A stretch of DNA of 64,000 nucleotides, from assembly GCA_025363115.1 (NCBI GenBank), contig JANYEN010000031.1:5608-69607 (forward strand). Direction: 5' to 3'. The notes under the pieces are model-generated. The model ran no database searches. It had not been told where the DNA came from and saw nothing but the letters and a program-made list of their open reading frames with translations. Every line of letters starts with the position of its first letter. The first letter of the stretch is position 1. A program made the translations under genes and the position numbers. Shown in pieces: positions 12,941 to 23,722 of the stretch. The DNA is from Alphaproteobacteria bacterium. Lineage in GTDB: Bacteria > Pseudomonadota > Alphaproteobacteria > Rickettsiales > Deianiraeaceae.

Positions 12941-14767
12941 ATGAATGATATATTTTTTAATTTACTTTCTAATAATGAACCATTCTTGTTTTCTAAATTC
13001 CAAAATCAGAAAGATATAACTTTATTTAAAGGAAAAATTTTCACCTGTAAAAAAATAGATGAAATAAAAAATTTAAAAAGTGGCAAAGCGGTGGTTTTGT
13101 TGCCATTCTCTGTAGCTAAAGAAAAGTATAGTTTTATTAATGATTATGGAGCTGAAATAATTATAATGAATGTTATAAAAGAAGATACAATCCCAATATC
13201 ACAAGCCCTTAATTGTGATTTAATAAAAGATTTTTGCTCAATTTTACAAATAAATTCAATTAACGGTGAAGACCAATATTTAAAAGACGTTGTCGACGTA
13301 ATAGAAAAAGAAATTAAAAATGGCGAAGGAGCTAATTTTATGCTATGTCAAAAAATTACAGGCAAAATTGATAATTTTAATATCCAAAAAGCTTTAGGCT
13401 TGTTTTTGAGATTAATAAAAAATGAATATGGAGCTTATCAAATTTTTTGCTTTTTTACTGGTACCGATTTTTTTATTGGAGCCAGCCCTGAATGTCATTT
13501 AAATTATACCAATGGTCAAGTAAGAATGCAACCAATTAGCGGTACTTTTAGAAAAAGCGATTTACCATTAAGTGAATTAAAAACTAATTTTGTCAATTTT
13601 TTACAGGATAAAAAAGAAATAAATGAACTTTTTATGACGGTAGATGAAGAATTAAAAATGATGAGTAAAATTTGCCCAAAAGGAGGAAAAATTATAGGTC
13701 CTAGGCTAAGAGAGATGTCAAAAGTAATCCACACTGAATATCTTTTAACTGGGCAAAGTGAAGCAAATGTATATGACATAATTAAAGAATCTTTGCACGC
13801 AGCAACTTTAGTTGGTAGCCCACTTGAAAATGCTTTTAGAATTATTCAAAAATATAACAATTTTGATAAAGAATATTATGGAAGCATGCTGGGCATTATT
13901 GATAAAAATGATAACCTGGATTCTTCAATAACAATCAGAACTATTAGAATTGATAATCATGGCAAATTCACTATTTTTGCTGGCGGTAGTATTGTTGCAG
14001 AATCAATACCAAAAAATGAGTTAGCAGAAATAAAAGCCAAACTAAGTTCGGTATTAAATAATCTTACCAAAGATGCTATTAAAATGGATAAAATAATGCC
14101 CTATTTTGAATTTGACCACGATATAGCCGAAATTTTGCAAGCTAGAAATCAAAGCCTTTCTAATTTTTGGTTTTTTGATAAAGCTCATGCCCATCTTATC
14201 AATAATAAAATAGCAAGCAAAACCGCAATAATTATTGATAATGAGGATTCGTTTACCCAAATGCTAAAACATATCCTTGAAAAAATTGGTTTAAATACTA
14301 AAATAATTGGTTGGGAGTCTTATAATGACAACCTTGATAACGCCAATTTAACAATAATTGGTCCAGGCCCTGGCAACCCCTGCGATGTAAATAATGCAAA
14401 AATTAAAAAACTTTCTATGATAGTGGATAAATTATTAACTAATAATAAAAAAATTGCTGGAATATGTTTGGGTCATCAAATAATAGCTAAGCATTTGGGA
14501 TTTGAAATTAAAATAGGTAAAGAAATTTTTCAAGGCATTCAAAAACGAATAGACCTATGGGGTATAAAAGAAATTGTAGGATTTTATAATACTTTTTTTG
14601 CGCTTAAAAATAATAATATAAATATTAAACAAAGCTACGATTCAACTGGAGAAATATATGCTTTAAAAGGAAATAATTTTTTTTCATTTCAATTTCATCC
14701 AGAATCTTTGCTAACTCCCAATGGGCTTAATATTTTAGAAAATAATATTCTTGAGATAATTTATTAA
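12941..14767 (+). CDS. trpEG: anthranilate synthase, fused component I / glutamine amidotransferase component II
   Basis: The chorismate-binding core carries GASPE, MQPISGTF and GGSIVAES. The C-terminal GATase carries IIDNEDSFT, GICLGHQ and FQFHPES. The ORF is open from 12830, but that stretch overlaps trpD. ATG at 12941 (or 12908) is the more plausible start. Confidence 0.8.
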   Translation: MNDIFFNLLSNNEPFLFSKFQNQKDITLFKGKIFTCKKIDEIKNLKSGKAVVLLPFSVAKEKYSFINDYGAEIIIMNVIKEDTIPISQALNCDLIKDFCSILQINSINGEDQYLKDVVDVIEKEIKNGEGANFMLCQKITGKIDNFNIQKALGLFLRLIKNEYGAYQIFCFFTGTDFFIGASPECHLNYTNGQVRMQPISGTFRKSDLPLSELKTNFVNFLQDKKEINELFMTVDEELKMMSKICPKGGKIIGPRLREMSKVIHTEYLLTGQSEANVYDIIKESLHAATLVGSPLENAFRIIQKYNNFDKEYYGSMLGIIDKNDNLDSSITIRTIRIDNHGKFTIFAGGSIVAESIPKNELAEIKAKLSSVLNNLTKDAIKMDKIMPYFEFDHDIAEILQARNQSLSNFWFFDKAHAHLINNKIASKTAIIIDNEDSFTQMLKHILEKIGLNTKIIGWESYNDNLDNANLTIIGPGPGNPCDVNNAKIKKLSMIVDKLLTNNKKIAGICLGHQIIAKHLGFEIKIGKEIFQGIQKRIDLWGIKEIVGFYNTFFALKNNNINIKQSYDSTGEIYALKGNNFFSFQFHPESLLTPNGLNILENNILEIIY

Positions 14768-14993
14768 TAATTAAGAACTTTATATAGCCATCTATTACAT
14801 TAAATTACTAAAACTTTGAATATGCTTTTGCAAAAATAATTCTTAAAAAAATACAATGATTCGTGTTGAAAATTATTTTTGGTATCTAAAGATTTAATTG
14901 TTAAATTTAAACTTTAAACAAACAAATAAAAATTTTATTGCACTTAAAGTAATTGAAATTACAAAAAGTTATTAGACATAATTTTTATAATAA

Positions 14994-15881
14994 ATGTCAA
15001 TCGTGCAACCAGCAAAACCTAAAATTAGAATAGCATTAAAAATGGAAATTTTTAATGAAACTGCGTCTATTACAAAAAAATATAATTTAAATACAGTCTG
15101 TGTAGAAGCAGCGTGCCCTAACATTGCAGAATGCTGGCAAAAAAAGCATGCTACTTTTATGATACTAGGTTCAGTATGTACCCGAGCCTGTGATTTTTGT
15201 AATGTTAAAACAGGAAAACCAGATTTGTTAGATCCTCATGAACCAGAAAAAATTGGTAAAGCCGTCAAAGAATTAAATTTAAGACATATTGTCATAACTT
15301 CGGTAGACAGAGACGATTTAGAAGATGGAGGAGCAGAACATTTTGCCCAAACTATTTTTGAAATTCGTAAATTATGCCAAAATACTACAATAGAAATATT
15401 AACTCCCGATTTTTTAAAAAAAGACGAAAAATTAAGTATCGAAGTAATTGCAGAAGCAAATCCCGATGTTTTTAATCATAATATAGAAACTGTGCCATCT
15501 CTTTATAATCGAATTCGCCCAGGGGCTCGTTATTTTAATTCTCTTTATTTGTTAAAAAAAATTAAAAGTTTAAAACCAAAAATTTTTACTAAATCGGGGT
15601 TAATGGTAGGCTTGGGTGAAACTAAAGAAGAAGTCTTGCAGGTAATGGATGATTTACGTTCAGCAGAAGTTGATTTTTTAACCATTGGTCAATATTTAAG
15701 ACCAACCCCAAAACATGCGGAGGTTAAAAGATATGTTACCGAAGAAGAATTTGAATATTATAAACGCATGGCTTATATTAAAGGTTTTTTAATGGTTTCG
15801 TCTTCAGCTCTCACGCGATCTTCATATCATGCCGATGAAGATTTTATTCATTTGCAAGTTGCCAGAAATAATAAAATATAA
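14994..15881 (+). CDS. lipA: lipoyl synthase
   Basis: 295 aa with [12 protein letters not shown] and the radical-SAM motif [10 protein letters not shown]. Confidence 0.95.
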   Translation: MSIVQPAKPKIRIALKMEIFNETASITKKYNLNTVCVEAACPNIAECWQKKHATFMILGSVCTRACDFCNVKTGKPDLLDPHEPEKIGKAVKELNLRHIVITSVDRDDLEDGGAEHFAQTIFEIRKLCQNTTIEILTPDFLKKDEKLSIEVIAEANPDVFNHNIETVPSLYNRIRPGARYFNSLYLLKKIKSLKPKIFTKSGLMVGLGETKEEVLQVMDDLRSAEVDFLTIGQYLRPTPKHAEVKRYVTEEEFEYYKRMAYIKGFLMVSSSALTRSSYHADEDFIHLQVARNNKI

Positions 15882-15884
15882 ATT

Positions 15885-17066
15885 TTATCCTATCATTTCT
15901 TTTTTAAAATCTTTATTTTTAATAAATAGATAGGCAGTAAAAAATATCGATATTGTTTCCATAATCAGCATAATCCAACCCGTTGACCTAAAATCATTGC
16001 TATAAAAATAAGAGGCTAATTGAAACCCTATTACGCTAAAAACCCATTTCCCTACTGTTAAAACCGCCGACATTCTTGAGCTTGCTCCTTCAATAGAATT
16101 GAGAGCAAAAATATATATAAAATTTAAAGGTATCGCTACCCCAATAGAAAGAATTGTGATAGTAAAAGTAATATATTCAGGGCTACGAACATTAAAAATT
16201 AATGCAAATAAACATAGAGGAATAAAAACAGCAAACATTATCATGCTACCTATAAAAGTTACTTTTTTGCCAAAAAAATCAATAATTAACTTACTACAAA
16301 TACTAAATACTCCAAAAGTTAAAGTTAAAATCCCTTGGTAAATACCAAAAGCTTTTAAACTAATACCAAAAGATTCAATATATATAATTGGTGCCATTCC
16401 CACAAAAGCATAATAACTGCCACATTCTAAGCAAAAAATTAGAATAGCAATTAAAGCTATTGGCGATTTAAATATTATAGCATATTCTTTAATAGAAATA
16501 GTGCTAAGGGGGCTATTTGTTTGATTATCCGAAGGTATAAAAATATTAAATAACAAAAGTGCTATTATGCCAAGAATAAATAAACCTACAAAATTAGCAC
16601 GCCAATCAAAAAACAAAGTAAGGTAACTTCCTAAAGTTGGTGCCACACAAATCGCAACAGTTATTATGCCATGAAGCATTGTCATGACACTCTGTTGCTT
16701 TTTTTTATCTTTTATATTATCTAACAAAATAATTGGGCTTAAAACCATTGGCATGGCAACCCCTAAACCCTGAAGAGCCCTGCCAAATAAAAGTAGCGAA
16801 AAATTAGAAGCAATAAAACAAAGATAACTACTGGCAATAAAAAGCAATAAACCAGCGTTTATAATAATTTTTTTGCCATACTTATCACCCAAGTTACCTG
16901 CAAAAAAAGCACCTATGCAATGCAAAATTAAATTAATTCCCAGTAACATTTCGGTTTTAAAAGGCGTTAAAGCAAACTGCTCTTGAATTTGGGGAAAAGC
17001 TGGTACGCAAATATCAATTTCTGCAGCCGAAACAAAAGATAAAAATATTATTACCGCGAAAATCAT
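15885..17066 (-). CDS. MFS transporter (Bcr/CflA-like)
   Basis: 393 aa with about 12 hydrophobic segments and the typical MFS loop GNLGDKYGKK. Confidence 0.7.
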   Translation of the reverse strand: MIFAVIIFLSFVSAAEIDICVPAFPQIQEQFALTPFKTEMLLGINLILHCIGAFFAGNLGDKYGKKIIINAGLLLFIASSYLCFIASNFSLLLFGRALQGLGVAMPMVLSPIILLDNIKDKKKQQSVMTMLHGIITVAICVAPTLGSYLTLFFDWRANFVGLFILGIIALLLFNIFIPSDNQTNSPLSTISIKEYAIIFKSPIALIAILIFCLECGSYYAFVGMAPIIYIESFGISLKAFGIYQGILTLTFGVFSICSKLIIDFFGKKVTFIGSMIMFAVFIPLCLFALIFNVRSPEYITFTITILSIGVAIPLNFIYIFALNSIEGASSRMSAVLTVGKWVFSVIGFQLASYFYSNDFRSTGWIMLIMETISIFFTAYLFIKNKDFKKEMIG

Positions 17067-17099
17067 ATTTTAATTATAAAAATTATGTCTTTAAATTAG

Positions 17100-17954
17100 C
17101 TATTTCAAAAATATTTTTCCTGGTATTCTTAAATCTATATATGTCATTGTATTATCCTTGGCAAATAGATTAACTCTTTCGTCAATATGCAACAATATAT
17201 CGATTGAATCTTGCCATTCTTTGGCGGGCAATTTGACTATAAGATTATTTTTAAAACGTATATTCCATCTGCGTTGCGAAACCATTGAAAAGCCGTAAAT
17301 TTTATCATATACATTTTTTTCTTTTAAATATTCGTAAATAGCAATTAATTTTTCTGGATGTTCGCTATCTTCGATAATAGGTAGGTTATCAAATTTAATG
17401 CCAGCATTATAATTTATTTTAACTCCTTCATCATCCAATAAAAAGGCTTGACTCGTAAGTTTATCTTTAACGGTAGCAATAACATTTCTTTCTTTAATAT
17501 TAATAAAGATTTTATTATTCCATATAACCCTTCTAATTAATACCGATTTTATTAATGGAATAGATAAAATATTGTCATGCATGTCTTTTACAGATCCCAG
17601 CATTTGAACGTTATCATTGCCATCAAGTTTATACATAGTCGAAATAATTTCCTGCTTATCTAAATTTTTTAAACCTGAAATTTCTACTGAATCTATTCCT
17701 TTGTTACACCAACGCCCAAAACTTTCAGACAACGTATTAATTTGTTGATACAAAACAGAATAAGAAGCTTTAGTTTCGTCCAAAATATCGCTTACAAGGT
17801 TTCTATAATAATAAAATGCCAGCATTATAGAAAGAGTAACGATAATATTAATTATGCGACCAAATAACACTTTGTAAACGCGAGCCTGACGCTTTAATTT
17901 AATAAGTTCAGTGTTTGTTAACACTGGCGATACAAGTCGTTTAACAATTGGCAT
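17100..17954 (-). CDS. ftsQ: cell division protein FtsQ
   Basis: 284 aa with a single N-terminal TM and a POTRA-like segment VEISGLKNLDKQEI. It lies directly downstream of ddl. Confidence 0.75.
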   Translation of the reverse strand: MPIVKRLVSPVLTNTELIKLKRQARVYKVLFGRIINIIVTLSIMLAFYYYRNLVSDILDETKASYSVLYQQINTLSESFGRWCNKGIDSVEISGLKNLDKQEIISTMYKLDGNDNVQMLGSVKDMHDNILSIPLIKSVLIRRVIWNNKIFINIKERNVIATVKDKLTSQAFLLDDEGVKINYNAGIKFDNLPIIEDSEHPEKLIAIYEYLKEKNVYDKIYGFSMVSQRRWNIRFKNNLIVKLPAKEWQDSIDILLHIDERVNLFAKDNTMTYIDLRIPGKIFLK

Positions 17955-17955
17955 T

Positions 17956-18885
17956 TTATTTTAAAAATTTAGCATTTAAAATTAAATATTCAAATATTTG
18001 AAAAATATTAAAATTGCTATATTGGCAAATGTTATTTACCATAGAGCTTTTGCCCATTCCTGGTTGAGTATTGACTTCTAAAGTAAATATTTTCAAGTCT
18101 TCAACTCTAAAATCTACTCTGGCTACCGTATTTAAATTTAAAGTTTTTACTAAATTTAAGCTATGTTTATGAAGCTGATCTAATAATTCTTCATCAGCAG
18201 ATATTTGATTTCTTGGGCAAATATTAATATATTTGTCTTCGTAAGTTATAATATTTTCATCTCCATTAGAAGTTATATCTATGCCTCCAATTATTTTTTT
18301 ATTTAAAACTAAAACAACAAATTCTGAGCCATCAATAAATTTTTCTATAATAAATTCATCGTCGTTACTAAGTTCATTTTCTGTAATCGGCACATGAATT
18401 TTATCTTTTTTTCTTATGCATAAACCCAAAGTCGATCCACTACAGTTTGGCTTTAAAACATATCCATTTGTTATAAAATCGCTGGCTTTTTTTAAATATT
18501 CTCCCGATAAAACTTCATCTCTATCGACTAAAATCCATTTAGCAGTAGGAATATTTGCCGAAACCATTATACGCTTAGTATAGTCTTTATTAAATCCCAC
18601 GCTAGCTACGTAGTGATTATCATGGGTATATGGTATTTCCAGCAAATCTAAAATACCTTGAATTCTACCGTCTTCTCCATAAACTCCATGCATGGCATTA
18701 AATACAATGTCTGGTTTTATAGCTACAATATCTTGATAAAAAGTAGATTTATTAAATTCTAGAAAAGTTGCTTTTGCTCCTACCGAAGCAAGATATTCAC
18801 CAACATGTTGAGATGTCATTTTGGAAGGTAAATCTTCACCATTTCCGCTACCCGATAAAACTAATACATGCTTATTGAGTTTCAT
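17956..18885 (-). CDS. ddl: D-alanine--D-alanine ligase
   Basis: 309 aa with ATP-grasp layout, HGVYGEDGRIQG and a C-terminal EVNTQPGM. Confidence 0.85.
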   Translation of the reverse strand: MKLNKHVLVLSGSGNGEDLPSKMTSQHVGEYLASVGAKATFLEFNKSTFYQDIVAIKPDIVFNAMHGVYGEDGRIQGILDLLEIPYTHDNHYVASVGFNKDYTKRIMVSANIPTAKWILVDRDEVLSGEYLKKASDFITNGYVLKPNCSGSTLGLCIRKKDKIHVPITENELSNDDEFIIEKFIDGSEFVVLVLNKKIIGGIDITSNGDENIITYEDKYINICPRNQISADEELLDQLHKHSLNLVKTLNLNTVARVDFRVEDLKIFTLEVNTQPGMGKSSMVNNICQYSNFNIFQIFEYLILNAKFLK

Positions 18886-18939
18886 AACCAGAAATATTTT
18901 TAAACAACTTTACAAACCAAATATAAAAATAATAAATTT

Positions 18940-19015
18940 TGGTGGAGGCATGCGGGTTCGAACCGCAGACCCCCTGCTTGCAAAGCAGATGCTCTACCAG
19001 CTGAGCTATGCCCCC
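18940..19015 (-). tRNA. tRNA-Ala (anticodon UGC), CCA encoded
   Basis: The reverse complement is GGGGGCATAGCTCAGCTGGTAGAGCATCTGCTTTGCAAGCAGGGGGTCTGCGGTTCGAACCCGCATGCCTCCACCA. It folds as a cloverleaf with anticodon loop TTTGCAA and the G3:U70 identity pair. Confidence 0.95.
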
Positions 19016-19067
19016 AAGTAACTAAAATCCAAAGATATATTTTTTTATTTGCAAGTATTATTGATAA

Positions 19068-20042
19068 TTATATAATATTTATTAAGTTGGACATATTTGT
19101 GCCAAAAAGTTCAGAAATAATATTTTTTATTATATTGCTATATGAATCATTCTTATATAAAGAATAAATATTAATAAATGAAGTATCATCGCAAAAATCA
19201 TCAATTTTAGAAGGCAATTTATATTCTGTAAACATATTAGTAAATGCATTAACTACGCTTTGAGATATTAATTTTCCTTGTGAAGCAATAACTGCATTTT
19301 TACTATTGTTTTTTTGCTTGACAATATTTTCAATAATTGAGTTATAAGCAGGATAATGGGTGCAAAATAAACCAATTGCGTTTAGATTTTCAAAATTAGC
19401 ATTATTTAAAAAAATATTCATATCAATTTCAATTTTTTTTAAATTTTCTATATTTTTAATTTCACCTAACTCTACACTTTGTTGCCAATAAATTTCAGGA
19501 GCAAAAGATTTTATAATTAAATTTTTTTCAGTTAAATTATTTTTTTTGGCTTTATGATGAGCATATCTTATATATTTATCATAGATATTATTTCTAAAAG
19601 CTGCTGGAGTCGCAAACATCATTATTTCTATATTTTCATTGTTATTATTGTGGGCATTTATTAATGCTTCGTTATAAATTCCTTCAGCACTACTAATTAC
19701 AATAGGCAAAACTTTGAAAGTATTATATCTATAAGATTCAAAATAAATATTATATAATTCAAGTTTTGCCGAAAGTGTGTTACACCCAACTATCAAAATA
19801 TCACATCCTATTTGCCGTTGCAGACGATGAATCATTTTTGAGCCAGTAACAATAATTTCTTCATCACTTTTATTTCCGTAAGGGAAACCTTCGCATATAT
19901 GATAAAATTCAAAAAATATATCGTGGGCTTGGCTTAAAGCTTTTAATGTGGGTAAAAAATATTTAATAAAATCACAAGCAAGAATTAAACCTCCAATTCC
20001 TGAATCACAAAAACCTATTTTTATAACATTTCCTATTCTCAT
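19068..20042 (-). CDS. murI: glutamate racemase (long form)
   Basis: 324 aa with FCDSGIGGL and both catalytic Cys motifs (VGCNTLS and FCTHYP). Confidence 0.75.
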   Translation of the reverse strand: MRIGNVIKIGFCDSGIGGLILACDFIKYFLPTLKALSQAHDIFFEFYHICEGFPYGNKSDEEIIVTGSKMIHRLQRQIGCDILIVGCNTLSAKLELYNIYFESYRYNTFKVLPIVISSAEGIYNEALINAHNNNNENIEIMMFATPAAFRNNIYDKYIRYAHHKAKKNNLTEKNLIIKSFAPEIYWQQSVELGEIKNIENLKKIEIDMNIFLNNANFENLNAIGLFCTHYPAYNSIIENIVKQKNNSKNAVIASQGKLISQSVVNAFTNMFTEYKLPSKIDDFCDDTSFINIYSLYKNDSYSNIIKNIISELFGTNMSNLINII

Positions 20043-20193
20043 AAATTTATAATATTGTTCGATATAAAATCAATTTTTTAGATTAAAACGTTGGTAATAA
20101 ATTATGTCAAGGGCTTTTTAAAAGAAAACAGAAAAAGCTTGAATATTATAAAAACATATAACACTAAATAAATCAAATATTATTTAATTTATT

Positions 20194-22599
20194 ATGACGG
20201 ATAATATTCCGACTCGCAAAACTCTTTCATTGGGAGAAATAAAAAAACCAATGGACAAAAGTTCTTTGTTAGAAAAATCAATAAAAAATTCAAAAAAACA
20301 ATTTCCGTTATTTAATAGTCAGGAAAAATCTTTTGATACTAACTCAAAAATAGAGCTAATAAATAATTACGAAAAAAATAAAAAGATTGACTCCGATGTA
20401 TTTGGTACGGTTAAATTAAATGTTCCTGTTTCCGAAAATTTATCTCGTCTAGAAGAAGAGCAGGAAAAAAATAAAAAGCCCGCTTTGTCTCCAGAAAATT
20501 CTTCCGTAGTTAGTAAAATATCGCCAAAACAAGAATTTACAAAAAATGAGTCTGATAATAATAAAAATAAAAAAAAGAAAAGCAAAACAACTACAATAGT
20601 AGGAGAAGCTGCCAACATTAAAAAACAAATTATAACAAAATATGTAGTAGAAAATGTTGAAGAAATTACCGAAGACGAATATAATGTAGCTGAATACGAA
20701 AAATTATATGGTAGAACGTTAATCATTAAATCTTCGGTTTCTAATCCAAATTCACAATATAAAAAACGCAAAAAAGAATTTACGGGTTTGAAATCAAAGC
20801 AACAAAAATATGACAGTCTTAAGTTAAATATAAAAATTGACTCGTCAATGCTGGTTAGGGAATTTGCCGAAATAATAAATATTAAAGTTAAGGATTTAAT
20901 AAAAAAATTATTAAAAATGGGAATAATGTTAACAGCTAACCAAGAAATCGACCGAGATACTGCCGAACTAATAGCAATGGAATATGGTCATGAAGTTAGC
21001 AATATAAAAAAAGATAAATATGAAGAAACTTTAGCAACAAGATATGAGAATGTTAATTCTTTTGCCAGACCACCTATAGTTACTATTATGGGACACGTAG
21101 ACCATGGTAAAACTTCACTTTTAGATGCAATAAGAGATAGCGATGTAGCAGCTCATGAAAAAGGAGGAATAACGCAACATATAGGAGCATATAGCGTTAC
21201 TAGCCCTAAAGGCAATAAAATCACATTTATTGATACTCCAGGTCACGAAGCTTTTAGCGACATGCGTTCGCGCGGAGCTAGAATCACTGATATTGTGGTG
21301 CTGGTCGTAGCAGCAGATGATGGAATTATGCCCCAAACTATAGAGGCTATAAATCATGCCAAAAAAGCCAATAATACAATAATCGTGGCAATTAATAAAA
21401 TTGACAAGCCAGGAGCCAATGTTAGCAAAGTTAGAGAAAGCCTAATGCAATACGATTTGTTACCAGAAGAATATGGGGGTACAGTAATCACAGTTCCAGT
21501 TTCAGCCACCACAAAAGAAAACCTGGATAAACTTCTTGAAAGCATCACTTTGCAAGCAGAAGTTATGGAATTGGAAGCATTAAATACTGAATTAGCAGAT
21601 GGAACAATTTTAGAATCTAAAGTAGATAAGCAACGTGGGATATCAACTACTGTTTTAGTACAAAATGGAATTTTAAAACAAGGAGACATATTTGTTTCAG
21701 GTATTATACAAGGAAAAATCAGAACAATGCTAAATTGCGAAGGCAAGCAAATTAAAGAAGCATATCCTTCTACTCCTGTCGAAATTTTTGGTTTTGAAAA
21801 TCCTGGACTTATTGGAGACCCTATCTATGTGGTAGAAAGCGAAAAATATGCTAGAAATCTTATCAATTTTAAAAAAGAGCAAATTGCTGAAAATTATAAA
21901 AAAGAAAACCCTAGCAAGCCAGCAGAAAGCATAACAGCGGATCAAGCATTTGCAAATTTTGCTATTGAAAATAAAATAAAAAACCTTTATTTTATTATAA
22001 AAACCGATACACAGGGATCATTAGAAGCCGTAAAAAAAGTTATCGAAAGAATTCAACATGAGGAATTTAAAATTAAAATACTTTATGGAAATGTTGGACC
22101 TATTTCCGACTCCGATATTGAATTTATAAAATCCGACCCTCAATCAATTAATATTGTGGCTTTTAATATAAAAATTGATAACAAAATTGCAAGATTAAGT
22201 CAATTATATAAAATTAACATTTTAGAACATTCTGGAATTTATCATTTAGAAACGGCAGTTAAAGCTTTGGCATCCGAATTATTAACCCCTATCCGAAAAG
22301 AAGAAAACATAGGAACTGCCTTAGTAAAACAGCTTTTTGATATGACAAAATTTGGTAAAATTGCTGGCTGCACGGTTACTAATGGAGTAATAAAAAATGG
22401 CTCTTTGGCAAGAATAATTAGAGGAGAAAAAATCGTGTATAAAGGGGAAATATCATCTTTGCGACATATGAAAGATGAAGTTAAAGAAGTTTTAAGTGGC
22501 AGGGATTGTGGTATAAAATTTTCTAATTACGAAGATATAGTAATTGGTGATAGAATAGAAGCATTTGTAATAAAAGAAGAAAAAAAAGTTTTAGATTAA
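20194..22599 (+). CDS. infB: translation initiation factor IF-2
   Basis: 801 aa with the GTPase motifs [20 protein letters not shown] and NKID, and a Lys/Glu-rich N-terminal extension. Confidence 0.95.
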   Translation: MTDNIPTRKTLSLGEIKKPMDKSSLLEKSIKNSKKQFPLFNSQEKSFDTNSKIELINNYEKNKKIDSDVFGTVKLNVPVSENLSRLEEEQEKNKKPALSPENSSVVSKISPKQEFTKNESDNNKNKKKKSKTTTIVGEAANIKKQIITKYVVENVEEITEDEYNVAEYEKLYGRTLIIKSSVSNPNSQYKKRKKEFTGLKSKQQKYDSLKLNIKIDSSMLVREFAEIINIKVKDLIKKLLKMGIMLTANQEIDRDTAELIAMEYGHEVSNIKKDKYEETLATRYENVNSFARPPIVTIMGHVDHGKTSLLDAIRDSDVAAHEKGGITQHIGAYSVTSPKGNKITFIDTPGHEAFSDMRSRGARITDIVVLVVAADDGIMPQTIEAINHAKKANNTIIVAINKIDKPGANVSKVRESLMQYDLLPEEYGGTVITVPVSATTKENLDKLLESITLQAEVMELEALNTELADGTILESKVDKQRGISTTVLVQNGILKQGDIFVSGIIQGKIRTMLNCEGKQIKEAYPSTPVEIFGFENPGLIGDPIYVVESEKYARNLINFKKEQIAENYKKENPSKPAESITADQAFANFAIENKIKNLYFIIKTDTQGSLEAVKKVIERIQHEEFKIKILYGNVGPISDSDIEFIKSDPQSINIVAFNIKIDNKIARLSQLYKINILEHSGIYHLETAVKALASELLTPIRKEENIGTALVKQLFDMTKFGKIAGCTVTNGVIKNGSLARIIRGEKIVYKGEISSLRHMKDEVKEVLSGRDCGIKFSNYEDIVIGDRIEAFVIKEEKKVLD

Positions 22600-22612
22600 T
22601 TTATAATTAATT

Positions 22613-22936
22613 ATGCCAGCAGCCTTAAAAAATATTTCATCTTTACAAAAAAATGCAGTTTTTGAAACTATCATCGATTTATATGACAATATAAATAAAA
22701 TGATTACCGAGGTAGAAATGTCTAATGAAACAAATAAAGAAAATACCTATATTGCTATTTTGCACGACTTAATAAAAACGATAGATAAAGCCGCAAGAAT
22801 AATTTCTAATGAATATTCTCAAATACTTAACACGGAAAAAATTAATAAAATATCATCTAGAAAAATAAAAACAGCTCTTGAAGAAATATTCGACGCAGTA
22901 GAAAATGTTAGAAATGTATTATATACAATGCAATAA
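22613..22936 (+). CDS. hypothetical helical protein
   Basis: 107-aa ORF packed tightly between infB (13 nt) and rlmE (5 nt). I recognise no motif in it, and it does not resemble RbfA. Confidence 0.5.
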   Translation: MPAALKNISSLQKNAVFETIIDLYDNINKMITEVEMSNETNKENTYIAILHDLIKTIDKAARIISNEYSQILNTEKINKISSRKIKTALEEIFDAVENVRNVLYTMQ

Positions 22937-22941
22937 TTACA

Positions 22942-23706
22942 ATGACTACTCAATATATTGTTTCCAATTCGCATTACGATAAAAAAAAGAACAAAAGTAT
23001 AATGGAAAAAATTCACGACATCAAATCCAACAAACATCATATCAGGGTTACAAAAGTTCAAAAAAAAACTTCATCAAACAACTGGATGGCTAGGCATTTA
23101 AATGATCCTTTTGTACAAGCTTCTAAAGCAGAAGGCTTTGTTTCGAGGGCAGCCTATAAATTAATAGAAATAAATGATAAATATAAAATATTAAAACCCG
23201 ATAGCGTAATATTGGACGTAGGATGTTGCCCTGGCAGCTGGTTGCAAGCAATTTGGATAACAATAAAATCTAAAAACAGTTTACTTGTTGGAATTGATTT
23301 ATTACCTCCCGAGCAAACAATTATTGATTTTTTTACTGGATATAATTCCAATATACATATCCTGCAGGGAGATTTTTTTTTACCAGAAACCCAAGAAAAT
23401 ATATTATCAAAACTTAAAAATCAAAAAATAAATTGCTTAGTTAGCGACATAGCGCCTAATACCACTGGTATTCAAGAAATAGACCATTTGCAAATGATGG
23501 AAATGGTGAGGGGAATTTGTGATTTTATGTATAAAAACCTTGCAAAAAATGGAAATTTTATAAGCAAAATATTTGACGGTAGCGAAACAAAGCAATTAAT
23601 ATCAGAGCTAAAGCCAAAATTTAATAGAGTTGTAATTTATAAACCATTAGCATCAAGAGCCAACTCAGCTGAAACTTATTTAGTTGGAATCGGATTTGTT
23701 CAATAA
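22942..23706 (+). CDS. rlmE: 23S rRNA (uridine-2'-O)-methyltransferase RlmE/FtsJ
   Basis: It carries SSNNWMARHLNDPFVQASKAEGFVSRAAYKLIEI and the SAM motif LDVGCCPGSW. An alternative start at ATG 23002 is plausible. Confidence 0.85.
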   Translation: MTTQYIVSNSHYDKKKNKSIMEKIHDIKSNKHHIRVTKVQKKTSSNNWMARHLNDPFVQASKAEGFVSRAAYKLIEINDKYKILKPDSVILDVGCCPGSWLQAIWITIKSKNSLLVGIDLLPPEQTIIDFFTGYNSNIHILQGDFFLPETQENILSKLKNQKINCLVSDIAPNTTGIQEIDHLQMMEMVRGICDFMYKNLAKNGNFISKIFDGSETKQLISELKPKFNRVVIYKPLASRANSAETYLVGIGFVQ

Positions 23707-23722
23707 AAAACTTAAATAAACA

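Noticed and set aside
12941-14767. Alternative reading of the fused gene as aminodeoxychorismate synthase (pabB-pabA).
   Set aside because: It sits head-to-head with trpDCFBA. The P-I-x-G-T motif has Ser rather than the PabB-type Lys. The assignment cannot be fully excluded without phylogeny.
20367-21945. Series of minus-strand ORFs (134, 78, 130 and 71 aa) within infB.
   Set aside because: All are antisense to IF-2, whose GTPase motifs are unambiguous.
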